Positions 19,183-29,916 of a DNA stretch of 64,000 nucleotides are shown here, in pieces. Source of the DNA: an uncultured Candidatus Saccharibacteria bacterium (GTDB lineage Bacteria > Patescibacteriota > Dojkabacteria > GCA-002793355); the NCBI GenBank assembly GCA_964525295.1, contig CAZGEO010000001.1, positions 9,671 to 73,670 of the forward strand. Direction: 5' to 3'. Under the pieces are notes generated by a model, which had not been told where the DNA came from, made no database searches, and was given only the letters and a program-made list of their open reading frames with translations. The position numbers and the translations under genes were made by a program. The number at the start of each line of letters is the position of its first letter. Positions within the stretch are counted from its first letter, which is position 1.

Positions 19183-19446
19183 ATTTTTATAACGAAGTGG
19201 CAACAGTACTTTTGAATACACTTATAATGTCGAGAACCTATGCTGCGAAGCAGTAATAGGTAAGAGGCCTAAAGCATAGCTTTACAAAGTATACTGCCCA
19301 TTCAATATCAGTCTCATAGCTTCCCTGAATTATGACATCAATACCCTAAACCAATAACTTTTAGTACTTCAGCACATTAATAATTTATCGCTCTACTGCT
19401 TTAATGCTTTATTTTTCCCGAGTTCCTGTAGTTGATTTCAATACTA

Positions 19447-19475
19447 TTGACATTGACACTGTCATAATTTATAAT
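19447..19475 (+). promoter_or_regulatory. Predicted sigma70 promoter for the small secreted protein gene and glycan cluster
   Basis: TTGACA, 17-nt spacer, TATAAT, about 28 nt upstream of the ATG at 19504. Confidence 0.5.
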
Positions 19476-19503
19476 ACGAGTAAATTAGCTATAGAAAATA
19501 ACT

Positions 19504-19767
19504 ATGAAAACTCTAACAAAATTAGCAGTTGCAGTAATGAGCGTATTCTCATTTGCAAACATCAAATCAGTTGCAGCACAAACTGACACTGGTTCAGTAT
19601 CAGGAGTTGTTACGACATTAAACGTAACACCATCAGCAACAATCACCGCAACTGGTGAAGTTCTTGGTGCAACTCAAAACGCAGGGCTCTTAAGCTACTG
19701 GTGGGTTATCTTACTGATCGTTGTTGTATTGGGTGTTGTTCTCTTCTTCGCAACTAAGAAGAGCTAA
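19504..19767 (+). CDS. Small Ser/Thr-rich secreted protein with C-terminal TM anchor
   Basis: Signal peptide MKTLTKLAVAVMSVFSFA, a Thr/Ser-rich middle region, and a C-terminal hydrophobic helix followed by KKS. Confidence 0.6.
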   Translation: MKTLTKLAVAVMSVFSFANIKSVAAQTDTGSVSGVVTTLNVTPSATITATGEVLGATQNAGLLSYWWVILLIVVVLGVVLFFATKKS

Positions 19768-19807
19768 TCAGTACTTGAACGAATCTATAGCACTTAAGAA
19801 GAAAGTC

Positions 19808-21157
19808 ATGGTTGTATCCTTAGGGATACTGACTATGGCTTTCTTTTTTTTATTACGCAGTCATTTTCTTACACCGTGGAAACTTTATTCAGATTCCTAC
19901 AAGTTTTTGCTAATCGCTGAGTCTTTTGGCAAAATTCGCTCTCCTCTTGAAATGTTTCCTCAAGTTAATTGGCCTTTTGAAACGTTATTATGGCCATATA
20001 AATGGTTATACCCAATCATAATTGCAATTTTTCACAAATTCTCCTCACTTATTTCGCTCGCGACAACAACAGAGAGTCTTGCTCACTCGGTAAATCTAAT
20101 TTCATCAAGCGTAATTCCGCTACTCATTGGGGCAATAATTCACAAAAAGACCAGAAACTCACTTCTTACAATCATCTCAATTCTATTGATTGGAATTTCT
20201 GGCTCACAATTAATTTGGAGTGGCTTTATTGTAACTGAGCCTTTAGCATTAAGTCTAATACTTGCGTATTTCCTATCAGAGAAAACTGGCTTCAAATTTT
20301 TATTTGCAGTTCTTATGTTTCTTGCGCGACCCGAATTAATAATCATTCCGATTATCACAATTCTATTGAGTAAAATTACAAAAACTCAAGTTGCCAAGTA
20401 TGCAGCGATAACCCAATTACTCACAGTAGGAATAATTACACTATTATTCGCAATGACCACCTACTTTACAACCTATTGGCAATTAGATTTACTCATTTTT
20501 GCTGCTGTCATCACAGCACTTGCATTCATCATATTCAACAAAATTAAGACTATTGATCTCGAATTAACCACTACTTTTATAACACTTTCGATTATCTACC
20601 TTCTCTTCAATCCAAACATCGAACGATATGGCGTTATTCTCATTCCACTAATGCTTATTGCGATATTTGCATCGTTTGAAAAGTTTGAATTAACAAAACA
20701 ATTAAACTCACTTTCAACGAAGATTGCAATTTCAGTAGCGATAGTAGTTCTAGCAAGTATTCAATTCTCCGCAGTGATTAATTACCCCATTCGAACAAGC
20801 CAAGACTATCATAGTGAGATTGCCGAGAAAGCATTGCGTTATGCGATTCAAAATGATTACACAAAGATTGTCACTTATCAGGTTGATCCGCTACTTTACA
20901 CGGCTTACAAGTACAATTCGCCTGTTTCCGTTTATGCAATTGAAAAGTTAGCCGATATAGATGAAGTTTATAGCGAAAAATGGTATAATACGCTATTTCT
21001 AATTGATGAATCAGCTGAATACTATGATACAAAACTAGATTTCACCAGATTGAAACTAGAAACATCCTTTTATTCACAAGAACCCTTCAAAACTAACAAC
21101 GAAACTATACCCAACGCAAAAGTAGAATTATGGCGAACAAAATTGGATTTGGAATAA
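19808..21157 (+). CDS. Polytopic membrane glycosyltransferase, GT-C fold (GT39/ArnT/PMT-like), putative
   Basis: About 11 predicted TM helices in the N-terminal two-thirds and a soluble C-terminal domain, matching the architecture of GT39/GT83 proteins. The start was moved to the ATG at 19808. Confidence 0.5.
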   Translation: MVVSLGILTMAFFFLLRSHFLTPWKLYSDSYKFLLIAESFGKIRSPLEMFPQVNWPFETLLWPYKWLYPIIIAIFHKFSSLISLATTTESLAHSVNLISSSVIPLLIGAIIHKKTRNSLLTIISILLIGISGSQLIWSGFIVTEPLALSLILAYFLSEKTGFKFLFAVLMFLARPELIIIPIITILLSKITKTQVAKYAAITQLLTVGIITLLFAMTTYFTTYWQLDLLIFAAVITALAFIIFNKIKTIDLELTTTFITLSIIYLLFNPNIERYGVILIPLMLIAIFASFEKFELTKQLNSLSTKIAISVAIVVLASIQFSAVINYPIRTSQDYHSEIAEKALRYAIQNDYTKIVTYQVDPLLYTAYKYNSPVSVYAIEKLADIDEVYSEKWYNTLFLIDESAEYYDTKLDFTRLKLETSFYSQEPFKTNNETIPNAKVELWRTKLDLE

Positions 21158-22731
21158 CAATACTGGCGATAATTGCATTGTCTGTTTTTTACTTAGTTAC
21201 TCGTACCAATACAGTTGCAACAATCAGCCCAATATCAGCTGAATTAGCAAAACAATTATTTGTAGAAAGTGATAAAGCGGTTAAATCTCTCAAGTTGCCA
21301 GCATTAATTTCCAACGGAATGGTTCTCCAGCGAGAGACGCCAATTTTACTTTGGGGTACTGCTGTTCCTAACTCTCTCATCGAAGTTACCATCCAAAATC
21401 GTACGGTAAAAACTCTGTCAAATAATGACGGCTTATGGGCAGTCAATTTACCAAAATTAAAAACTTCAGCCAGCGAAACACTCTCGATAAATGCAGCAAA
21501 TGAAACAAGAATTTTTACAAATATCGCAATTGGTGACGTTTGGCTTTGTAGCGGACAAAGTAACATGGCATGGCCAATTTCAAAAACAACCGATGATGCA
21601 ATAGATGAATTGCAATCAATTGAAATTGCAAACTTAAGATTCTTCTCAGTCAAGAAAATTTATGATTTGAATACCTATTCTTCATTCGCAAGTGAAGAAA
21701 GACCAATAGGCAATTGGTTTACGGCTGAATCGAAAAAAGAATTTGAAAATTTTTCTGCCGTATGCGGACTTTCAGCAAAAGAAATTTACGAAAAAACGCA
21801 AATACCTCAAGGTTTTATTTTGAGCGCACATGCAACAACATACATTGAAGCATGGTTAAATCTCACACAACTTGACGAATTCCCAGAATATCGCCCAATA
21901 ATATCTACTATGTATACTGACGCTAATATTGAAAACTCGTACTCATACATTAAAGCTTGTGATAAAAGGCTTATACCTGCGAGCCATTATAATACTATGA
22001 TCTTTCCAATAATAAATTTTACCTACAAAGGAATCATTTGGTATCAGGGAGAAAATAATATCAAGCATACAGAGAATTACGCAGGCTTATTAACTTCTCT
22101 GCTAGGACATTGGAAAATAAACCCCGCAAAAGGTGCTAATGTACGAGATATTTATGTAATTGAACTTGTTAGTTTTGATGAACCAGGTGACAAACATTCA
22201 TGGGCTGCAATTAGACAATCACAATCGATTGCGGTATCGAACCAAACACGAACATTCCTTATACCTGCAAGTGATCTTGGGGATCCAGAAAATGTTCATC
22301 CTGTAGATAAGATGCCCCTTGTATCTAGACTAAATACTAGAATTTTGGCAAATTCATACGGCCTTGCAACAGATATTGTTGCACCAAAAGTACATACAAT
22401 CACAATTCGTGAAAATAGTATTGAATTAATTGTTAACATCACGAACGATACCTTAGAAGAAGACAAAACCTCAGAGATTTCAGGTTTTGAACTTGCTTCA
22501 ACAGACGGCCAATATTTTTCAGCGCGTGCAGTATTATCGAAGGGAAACATCATTTCAGTTACTTCAGATAAGGTGCCAAGTCCACGATATATTCGCTACC
22601 GATGGAGTAATGTGCCACAAAACGGCATATTCATCACAAAAAGTTCTAGACTGCCAATTCTAGGATTTTCAAATAATCCAGCTGATTTTAGTAATAAATC
22701 ATCGCTAAATTCACTTACTTCATGCAATTAG
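21130..22731 (+). CDS. Sialate O-acetylesterase-like carbohydrate esterase (DUF303/SIAE family)
   Basis: Signal anchor plus the CSGQSNMAWP motif (GQSN block) typical of 9-O-acetylesterases. Confidence 0.65.
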   Translation: MANKIGFGITILAIIALSVFYLVTRTNTVATISPISAELAKQLFVESDKAVKSLKLPALISNGMVLQRETPILLWGTAVPNSLIEVTIQNRTVKTLSNNDGLWAVNLPKLKTSASETLSINAANETRIFTNIAIGDVWLCSGQSNMAWPISKTTDDAIDELQSIEIANLRFFSVKKIYDLNTYSSFASEERPIGNWFTAESKKEFENFSAVCGLSAKEIYEKTQIPQGFILSAHATTYIEAWLNLTQLDEFPEYRPIISTMYTDANIENSYSYIKACDKRLIPASHYNTMIFPIINFTYKGIIWYQGENNIKHTENYAGLLTSLLGHWKINPAKGANVRDIYVIELVSFDEPGDKHSWAAIRQSQSIAVSNQTRTFLIPASDLGDPENVHPVDKMPLVSRLNTRILANSYGLATDIVAPKVHTITIRENSIELIVNITNDTLEEDKTSEISGFELASTDGQYFSARAVLSKGNIISVTSDKVPSPRYIRYRWSNVPQNGIFITKSSRLPILGFSNNPADFSNKSSLNSLTSCN

Positions 22732-22734
22732 CAT

Positions 22735-23727
22735 ATGGAGAGCAAACAGCAAAAATATCTTCCTGTACTTGATTGGCTCCGTGCGATCGCAATATCTCTG
22801 GTTCCATTGACGCACGCTAGCTACAATGAATTATTTAACGTCAATAAAATTGTTGCCTACGCAGACGTTTTTGCACACTTAAGCGTGCCAATCTTTGTAT
22901 TTATTTCTGGGTTTCTTTCTCTTGGTGCAACACCACAGAAAATTAAAGAACGTCTACCAAGAATTTTATTACCATATCTTCTCATGAGTATCTTTTGTCA
23001 GGTAGTCAAATTTAGAGATGATTTAATTGGTAATTTCTGGACGATTATTTACAATATTCTTACTGCAGATTCATTCGGTATTTACTATTTCGTTTTTGTA
23101 ATTGTCTATTTGTATTTATTTGCTATCATTCTTTCAAAATATCAAAAACATTTGGGCAAATTTTTACTAATAACATTATTCATAAGTATTCCTTTCTTCA
23201 TTTATAGTGCGATTCCTTCACAAAATCTTTATCAAATTTCAAGAGAATTGTATTATCGCTTCCCACTTAATTGGCTTATCTTCTTTATCGCAGGCATGTG
23301 GTTCAAGGCAAATGATATATTCTTGAAACTACAGCAATTCAAAATACATTTTGCACTAGCTTTTCTTGCTTCACTCACATTGCTCGTAATTGCTGGGGAA
23401 CTCGGTTTCTGGGTCGTTTACGGCTCAATTTTCTGGTTCATTTTTAGTTCATTAGGCATCGTTGCAATATACTTACTTTTTGAAAATGTAAAAGTATATC
23501 CGATTATTAAATATCTTTCGGAAACATCTTATTCTATTTACCTGTTACATATCATTCCATTGGCATTTTTGTATTATTTCATTTCAATACCAGATTCAGC
23601 GATTGTCGCATACTCATTACCAATAACTTTAGTACTCGCAGTAGCAGTTACCATATTCTCAATAATTGGCAGGGAAGTTACGAAATATATCTTTAAGGAT
23701 AAATCACCATATATCATCGGCAGTTAA
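22735..23727 (+). CDS. Acyltransferase family 3 membrane O-acyltransferase
   Basis: Ten-TM protein with the N-terminal LDWLRAIAI motif typical of acyltransferase_3. Confidence 0.7.
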   Translation: MESKQQKYLPVLDWLRAIAISLVPLTHASYNELFNVNKIVAYADVFAHLSVPIFVFISGFLSLGATPQKIKERLPRILLPYLLMSIFCQVVKFRDDLIGNFWTIIYNILTADSFGIYYFVFVIVYLYLFAIILSKYQKHLGKFLLITLFISIPFFIYSAIPSQNLYQISRELYYRFPLNWLIFFIAGMWFKANDIFLKLQQFKIHFALAFLASLTLLVIAGELGFWVVYGSIFWFIFSSLGIVAIYLLFENVKVYPIIKYLSETSYSIYLLHIIPLAFLYYFISIPDSAIVAYSLPITLVLAVAVTIFSIIGREVTKYIFKDKSPYIIGS

Positions 23728-23728
23728 T

Positions 23729-24826
23729 ATGAAAAAAATACTTTTTCTCAACTCAGAATTTCCGCCAATTGGAGGAGGTGCAAGCCCTGTCAGTTATGAA
23801 ATTGCACTAAAACTTTCTGAAAATGGTTATGACATCGATGTAGTTACGGCTGGTTATAAAAAGCTACCAAAATTCGAAGAAATCAATGAGCATTTAAGAA
23901 TTCATCGGGTGAAATGTCTGCGCTCCAAAAAAGAGATTTCTACACCAATTGAGCAACTTAGCTATCTAGTCAGTGCATTTTTCAAAGCTTTTTCGTTACA
24001 TAAAAAGAAGCAATTTGATTTTAGCTATGCACATTTCATTATTCCAACAGGAGCATTAGCGCTAGCGCTAAAGTTGATCACCGGACTCAAATATTTGATT
24101 TCTGCTCACGGTAGCGACGTTATTGGACATAACTCAAGATTCAAAGTTCTGTACAAGGTACTTGTTGCACCATGGAAATTGATTTTGAATAACGCTGAAA
24201 AAATTACCGTTCCTTCACAACATTTATTTGAAAAACTAACTACAACACATTCCCACTTGAGCGCTGACAAAGTAATCATTCTACCGAACATTGTAAAAAG
24301 TGACATATATAAACCAATGAATAAAGAAAAATATATTCTTACCGTTTCTAGAATCAATCCACAAAAAGGTATCCAAGACTTATTAACGGCCTTTGCGAAC
24401 ACGAAAAATTTCGATTGGAAAATAAAAATAGTAGGCGAGGGACCATATAAAGAGAATTTACAAAAAATTGCAGTCGATCTTGATATATCAAAGCAAGTTG
24501 AATTTGTTGGTTGGGCTAGCACACTAGAGAAGAAACAAGATTTATATGGTCATGCAGCAATTTATGTTAATCCAAGTTACGCAGAAAGTTTCGGTATTAC
24601 CACAATCGAAGCAATGCAAGCAGGTTGCCATTGCATCATTTCAGAAACTGGTATCGCAAAACAACTACAGAATGTTAAAACATTTCGACCTGGTGATATA
24701 AAAACACTGCAAGAACATCTAAACGAAGCATTTACAAGTGATAAACTAACCTTGTCGAGTGATCACGAACTCTTTACAGAAGAAAAAGTTGTACCTTTAC
24801 TGCTTAACATATTACAATCAATGTAA
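23729..24826 (+). CDS. Glycosyltransferase family 4 (GT-B, retaining)
   Basis: N-terminal FPPIGGGAS, and the C-terminal EGFGLPVLEAM-like motif ESFGITTIEAMQAGCHCI. Confidence 0.8.
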   Translation: MKKILFLNSEFPPIGGGASPVSYEIALKLSENGYDIDVVTAGYKKLPKFEEINEHLRIHRVKCLRSKKEISTPIEQLSYLVSAFFKAFSLHKKKQFDFSYAHFIIPTGALALALKLITGLKYLISAHGSDVIGHNSRFKVLYKVLVAPWKLILNNAEKITVPSQHLFEKLTTTHSHLSADKVIILPNIVKSDIYKPMNKEKYILTVSRINPQKGIQDLLTAFANTKNFDWKIKIVGEGPYKENLQKIAVDLDISKQVEFVGWASTLEKKQDLYGHAAIYVNPSYAESFGITTIEAMQAGCHCIISETGIAKQLQNVKTFRPGDIKTLQEHLNEAFTSDKLTLSSDHELFTEEKVVPLLLNILQSM

Positions 24827-25845
24827 TGAATCAAAATTCACAGAAATTTCCAATTACACTCATTAGTGTCGTAGTTGTTGCGATTCTCGCTGCAGTCATA
24901 TACTACGTGAACTTTCTTCCATTCGGACTAAACACTCATAATGAGCTAATTTTTGGTAAAGAAAATGACACGTTAGGAGTATTCAAATTATTACCTTCAA
25001 GCGCATGGGGAAGCAGAGATGTAGAACAATCGGGCACTACCTACAGAACGATAGAAGGGTCGGCTCAAATAACGTACCAACCAAAATATGTTCTTACCAA
25101 AAGTAAAATTTCGTTAACTATTGAAGGAGATGATGTTGCTGCCTATACCGATACTGTTCCTTTTAATCCCGAACTTTTCAATAAATGGCAGCACAATTGG
25201 GACCTTAGCACTAGAATTCCAACGGAATTTAAAGGTAATACCTATTTATTTGATGGTTGTACATATTTCGATGGTAAATCAATAATGTATTACGAGAATA
25301 CAAAAGATTTATTTGAAAGTGGAACTTTTTCTCTCTACGTTGAATGGCAACCAAATGAAGTGCTAGATTATCAGCAAATAGTAGGGCATTTCAACTGGGA
25401 ACTGTTTCAATCAAAGAACTTCGTAATTTTCCAGGTCGGCAAGATGGCTGGAACAACCTCAACGACTTTCTACTCAATTCGAGCTCCAATTGATCAAACC
25501 TTCTTCAATAAAAAGCATAAAATTCTCATCCAATATAAACCTGATTCAACCAATGGCTACATCGAGATGTTCCTTGATGACAAATTTGTAGAAAGAAGAA
25601 ATATCGGTTCTGCAAGAATCGACCCACAATATGGTGACAATAACCTAACATTTGGCTGGTCTTCACACAATTATCAGCAAAATCCACGGTTTAAAGGGTG
25701 TTTGTATAGAGTAGCTTACTCACAAGATTTGGCAATTACGCCGACAAAAGAATTGTCCTATACCTCAAATACCCCAGAAGCCTTATTCAATATTGTTGGA
25801 AAAGGAAAAATCTACAAAGCTAGTATTACCGTAGAAAAGCAATGA
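24826..25845 (+). CDS. Membrane-anchored concanavalin/LamG-like domain protein
   Basis: N-terminal TM followed by a beta-rich domain with a jelly-roll-like pattern (FSLYVEW, IVGH, FQVGK, YIEMFLDDK). Confidence 0.45.
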   Translation: MNQNSQKFPITLISVVVVAILAAVIYYVNFLPFGLNTHNELIFGKENDTLGVFKLLPSSAWGSRDVEQSGTTYRTIEGSAQITYQPKYVLTKSKISLTIEGDDVAAYTDTVPFNPELFNKWQHNWDLSTRIPTEFKGNTYLFDGCTYFDGKSIMYYENTKDLFESGTFSLYVEWQPNEVLDYQQIVGHFNWELFQSKNFVIFQVGKMAGTTSTTFYSIRAPIDQTFFNKKHKILIQYKPDSTNGYIEMFLDDKFVERRNIGSARIDPQYGDNNLTFGWSSHNYQQNPRFKGCLYRVAYSQDLAITPTKELSYTSNTPEALFNIVGKGKIYKASITVEKQ

Positions 25846-27716
25846 ATCGAAAAGATCTTATTTTTGCCCTAGGTTTTGTTTGTGTAGTACTACTTACCCT
25901 CATAGGGGGTGATATTTGGGGACTTTTTAGAATTCGCATGCTTATCGACATTCCGACACTAATCATCGTTACTTTTTTAACCTTTGTGTTGCTTATTAAC
26001 CTTGTCGCAACTCGATTTCTCTTCCCTTTACAAGATACATTACAGAAAATTTTTATTTATTCTACAGTATTCTTTGCGCTAGGAACTTCAATCATTGCAA
26101 TACTTTTCGGGCATTCATTACTTACCTGGTTTGGCATAGCAGTCGTATTTCTTGTAAGTTCGTTACTCATAAACGATTTCGCCCATCGTGCGGATATCGA
26201 AACCGAATCATTTGAAATACCAAAAAATTTCTTTTTACCAATTTATGCAATTATTGGAATTCTATTTCTAGCGACGAGACTGTACATACTTATAACTTAT
26301 CAAGGCTCATACCTAGACGAGTATTTACACATATTCACAGGTGTTTCTTGGGTGAATCAAGCTTTCGGTGAAATCTACAAAGGAATTGAGTATTACCGCG
26401 GAATATACTTAACCGCATTAAGTGCAGTATCATTTCTCATTTTCGATTTCTCATTTTACGCACAAAAGGGTATTCCATTGCTCTTTAGCATCATCAATTT
26501 CATACTTTTTATTTCGTTCTCGAAGAAATATATCACAAATAAATGGATGCACATTTTGTCTATTTGTGCATACGCTATCACCCCAATTTTGATATTTAAT
26601 GCAACATATATGAGAACTTATATCTTTTTTGAAACGTTCGCATATATTTCGTTTTTCTTGGTAAACAGAACAATTCGTTATTATGAAGAGAAGAATTGGC
26701 AAATGCTTTCAGCATTTGCCGTATCAACAGTTATTTTCATTGCATTCATCTTCTTTACTAGAGATGTAGAATCTATGTTATTCCTCTTAATAATTGCTTT
26801 TGGCGGATTATTCTACATCTTATTTACTGCAGCGACACAAATAAAGTTCGATTTTCTTGCAAAATTACCTCTTAAGCATTGGCATATTCTGGCAATAATC
26901 CTACTTGCTTTACCATTTTTAAATGTAACAAAATATCTCGATTTATTCTTAAATGGACAATTAACTCACGGGGATGGTGGCGTACAAAAATTCCTACAAT
27001 TCTTTTTTGTAGACAATCTTTTAATTACCGTTTACTTCTTAGTCTTGTGGATTGTGACACTCTTCGAAAAGAACATTGAGAGAAAGATCTTCTTTGCTGT
27101 TATCGCATCATTATTTATCTTTCACAACATAATCACACCTGATTATCGAACATTACGTGGTATTTTTTACTTCTTTCCCTTCTTTATTATTGGTGCATTT
27201 ACAGTTATTGAGAAACTCTATTCTTCACGATTTATTCTTATGGTTTGCATAGGTATAGTTCTTGCAGTCTCCCCATTATTCTCAGCTAGGCAATACTTTA
27301 TTAATGGCCCTGGTATACCAAAAGAAATTGATTACTATCCATTCAAAAAATATTACGAAACCGTAAAATTTGAATGCAAAGATCGAAAAATTCTCTCAAT
27401 GATGCATTCAAACTATATTTCGAATTTTCATGGTGTTAAACCATATGCCATAATTTATCTTCGCCAAGAACAACTAGCAATTGACGAACGGTATTATAAA
27501 GGTGATACCGGCAATTATTTTCAGTCAGTTGATAATGTTCCTGTATTAAGTAGCTATATTGATGTCGAAAATCTGCTCAAAAATGAAAAAGTTTGTCTTC
27601 TGCTAACTACAGATTTTCGCCATACAGGGCTCTACATTACGGGGAATGACTATTCAGCACTATTTGGCAATTTAACAACGACTCCCGTTCAATCACTGAG
27701 AATCCTCAAAAATTAG
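25842..27716 (+). CDS. Polytopic membrane glycosyltransferase, GT-C fold (GT39/ArnT-like)
   Basis: At least 12 TM helices, and an acidic DE motif in an early loop (YLDEYLHIF) typical of the PMT/ArnT GT-C families. Confidence 0.55.
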   Translation: MNRKDLIFALGFVCVVLLTLIGGDIWGLFRIRMLIDIPTLIIVTFLTFVLLINLVATRFLFPLQDTLQKIFIYSTVFFALGTSIIAILFGHSLLTWFGIAVVFLVSSLLINDFAHRADIETESFEIPKNFFLPIYAIIGILFLATRLYILITYQGSYLDEYLHIFTGVSWVNQAFGEIYKGIEYYRGIYLTALSAVSFLIFDFSFYAQKGIPLLFSIINFILFISFSKKYITNKWMHILSICAYAITPILIFNATYMRTYIFFETFAYISFFLVNRTIRYYEEKNWQMLSAFAVSTVIFIAFIFFTRDVESMLFLLIIAFGGLFYILFTAATQIKFDFLAKLPLKHWHILAIILLALPFLNVTKYLDLFLNGQLTHGDGGVQKFLQFFFVDNLLITVYFLVLWIVTLFEKNIERKIFFAVIASLFIFHNIITPDYRTLRGIFYFFPFFIIGAFTVIEKLYSSRFILMVCIGIVLAVSPLFSARQYFINGPGIPKEIDYYPFKKYYETVKFECKDRKILSMMHSNYISNFHGVKPYAIIYLRQEQLAIDERYYKGDTGNYFQSVDNVPVLSSYIDVENLLKNEKVCLLLTTDFRHTGLYITGNDYSALFGNLTTTPVQSLRILKN

Positions 27717-27718
27717 AA

Positions 27719-28951
27719 TTATTTTGAGGCGCGTAATAACAAATACACCCAAATTCTAACACTTAGTGCCATGATTAATTGCAGGACTACTACTGCAACA
27801 AAAATTGCAGAAACTCCGCCATATGCGTAAGCAAGAGGAAGCGCAAACAAACTGATTAACCCTAGTGGAACATAAGAATAACTTAAAATTTTTGCATACC
27901 CGGCTGGCACAATAATGCCTGTATCGACCAAATTCGTCCAAATATATATTGCCAATTGCGCAAGCATTGAATAAACTACTGTTTTATTAGCCAATAATTC
28001 ATTATACTGTGGAAAAACTACGGGTAGTACAAGAATTAAACCATAAAAAAGCCCAACGCAGATAATTGCAACCGGTAACAACCATATAGAAAATTTCCCT
28101 AATTCATTCCTCAAAAAAGATTTATTTTTTACAATCTCTTCTTTTGCGTATCTAGGTGCTAAAATTTGGCCAACGATTGAAAAAGGAAACGCAAATAAAA
28201 GCATCACTCTCGATAGTAACTCGAAGGTTGCGAGCTCATTAGTCGCACCAACATTTCCCAAAACAATTAAGACATATCTTGAAAACAAGAAATAACTAAT
28301 GGCAGCAATACCAAATTGAACTGAGAACTTAAGCAACGGCTTCACATATTTGAGCGTTACAGCAAAGTTTGGTCGAATTTTTCCTAAGTAAAATAATCCA
28401 ACTGTCATAAATACCCAGTAGAAGGTTTGAGCGAGTAATCCTCCTAAAATTCCATATTGTTTCAAAAGAAAATAGGTGACAAAAATTGCGATAAGCGAAC
28501 TAACTACAGTTACGACTGCGCTTTCATTATATTTCTCAAGACCCCTTAAAACACCCTCAAAAAGTGTTGCAATGACCGAAAAAGCAACCATTACGAGTAA
28601 AGCCACTAAATGTAATGGATTGACTATACTTAGCAACCCCAAAAACAGTAATATACTAATAACAAGAACGCCAAGAATTACACTAACCAGAGCAATAATC
28701 AAGCCAGCACCGGTAATTCTTTCGGTATTCTCTTTCGTTGGATTATTCGCAACAAATCTTGTTGCTGCTGTTGAGATACCAAAATCAGCCAACATATACG
28801 CAATAGAATATACCGCCAACAGATAACTAAACTGAGCATATTCTGGAATTGGTAAAATGAGTGCTGCAATAAAACTAGTAAGCAATATTACCGCCTGTTT
28901 GAATCCTACCGTAATAAATCTCAATACAAAACTTTTTTTTAATGAATGCAT
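27719..28951 (-). CDS. Oligosaccharide flippase (Wzx/MOP superfamily polysaccharide biosynthesis protein)
   Basis: 410-aa protein with 12 TM helices, and a Wzx-type N-terminal region. Confidence 0.7.
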   Translation of the reverse strand: MHSLKKSFVLRFITVGFKQAVILLTSFIAALILPIPEYAQFSYLLAVYSIAYMLADFGISTAATRFVANNPTKENTERITGAGLIIALVSVILGVLVISILLFLGLLSIVNPLHLVALLVMVAFSVIATLFEGVLRGLEKYNESAVVTVVSSLIAIFVTYFLLKQYGILGGLLAQTFYWVFMTVGLFYLGKIRPNFAVTLKYVKPLLKFSVQFGIAAISYFLFSRYVLIVLGNVGATNELATFELLSRVMLLFAFPFSIVGQILAPRYAKEEIVKNKSFLRNELGKFSIWLLPVAIICVGLFYGLILVLPVVFPQYNELLANKTVVYSMLAQLAIYIWTNLVDTGIIVPAGYAKILSYSYVPLGLISLFALPLAYAYGGVSAIFVAVVVLQLIMALSVRIWVYLLLRASK

Positions 28952-29916
28952 TAAAATGGCTCTTTTATATAAAGAAACGATGCATCTTTTTTCTTATTCA
29001 TCGATTGAATAATCTTACGTTGTTTCAGCATGTGTGGCAAATTTTTCAAGAAGATTCCAATCGATTTAAAATATGCGACAATAATACCGAAATTTCTTTT
29101 TTTAACAGCAACGCTCAGGTAAATAAAAGGGTAGACTAATGCAGCAAAAAAGATACGGAACAATTCTTTCAATGGAAAATTTTTTACCATGACTGTTAGA
29201 ATTCCCGATAAATAGTAGGTAAACTTCCAAGAAAAGTATTTCTTATCATCATGATTCCCCATACCAATATGCTCGAGCAATTCGGCATTATATAAATAAA
29301 CTTTATATCCTGCAGCGTATGCTCTTGCAGAAACATCTGTATCATCTAGCATGAAAGGTTGAATTGTGTCGTAACCACCAAGTTTCTCCCAAATCTCTTT
29401 TTTAAAGAATACACCTCCACCATGATACGACGGTACTACAATTGGCCCCGAATGCGTAGTCATTTTTTCAAGCTTTACTGCATTCTTATGAATTTTTGTT
29501 CCATACAATGAATAATAGATACCGTAATACTTTGTTTTCTTTGCTCCAGCATCGTATAAACCGACGCCCAATAATGCTGCATCCTCTAACTTGAGAAAGG
29601 CTTCAAATAAGTTGGTGATGTAACTTCTAGATTCTGGCAAAATATCATTATCTAGTAATAATACGTACTCACCACTAGCTAATGAAACCGCTGTATTTTT
29701 ATTTACCCCATACCCATGACGTTCGTCACCTAAGCGTTTATATCGAATTTGAGGGAAATTCTTTTTAATATATTCCTCTGTACCATCATGCGAAAAATCA
29801 TCAGAAACTACAATTTCGAGGTTTGGATAATCTTGCTGTAACCAGACTGGCAATGTTTTTTCTAACATTGCACGCTCATTTACTGAGGTGAAGGCAATGG
29901 TAATTTTTGGGTTCAT
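28951..29916 (-). CDS. Glycosyltransferase family 2
   Basis: N-terminal Rossmann-like GT-A fold with the DxD-type motif VSDDFSHDGTEE. The start overlaps the upstream gene. Confidence 0.75.
   Translation of the reverse strand: MNPKITIAFTSVNERAMLEKTLPVWLQQDYPNLEIVVSDDFSHDGTEEYIKKNFPQIRYKRLGDERHGYGVNKNTAVSLASGEYVLLLDNDILPESRSYITNLFEAFLKLEDAALLGVGLYDAGAKKTKYYGIYYSLYGTKIHKNAVKLEKMTTHSGPIVVPSYHGGGVFFKKEIWEKLGGYDTIQPFMLDDTDVSARAYAAGYKVYLYNAELLEHIGMGNHDDKKYFSWKFTYYLSGILTVMVKNFPLKELFRIFFAALVYPFIYLSVAVKKRNFGIIVAYFKSIGIFLKNLPHMLKQRKIIQSMNKKKDASFLYIKEPF

Noticed and set aside
19404-19586. 60-aa ORF spanning the predicted promoter and start of the small secreted protein gene
   Set aside because: It overlaps a consensus -35/-10 promoter and the signal-peptide gene in another frame, so it is unlikely to be coding.
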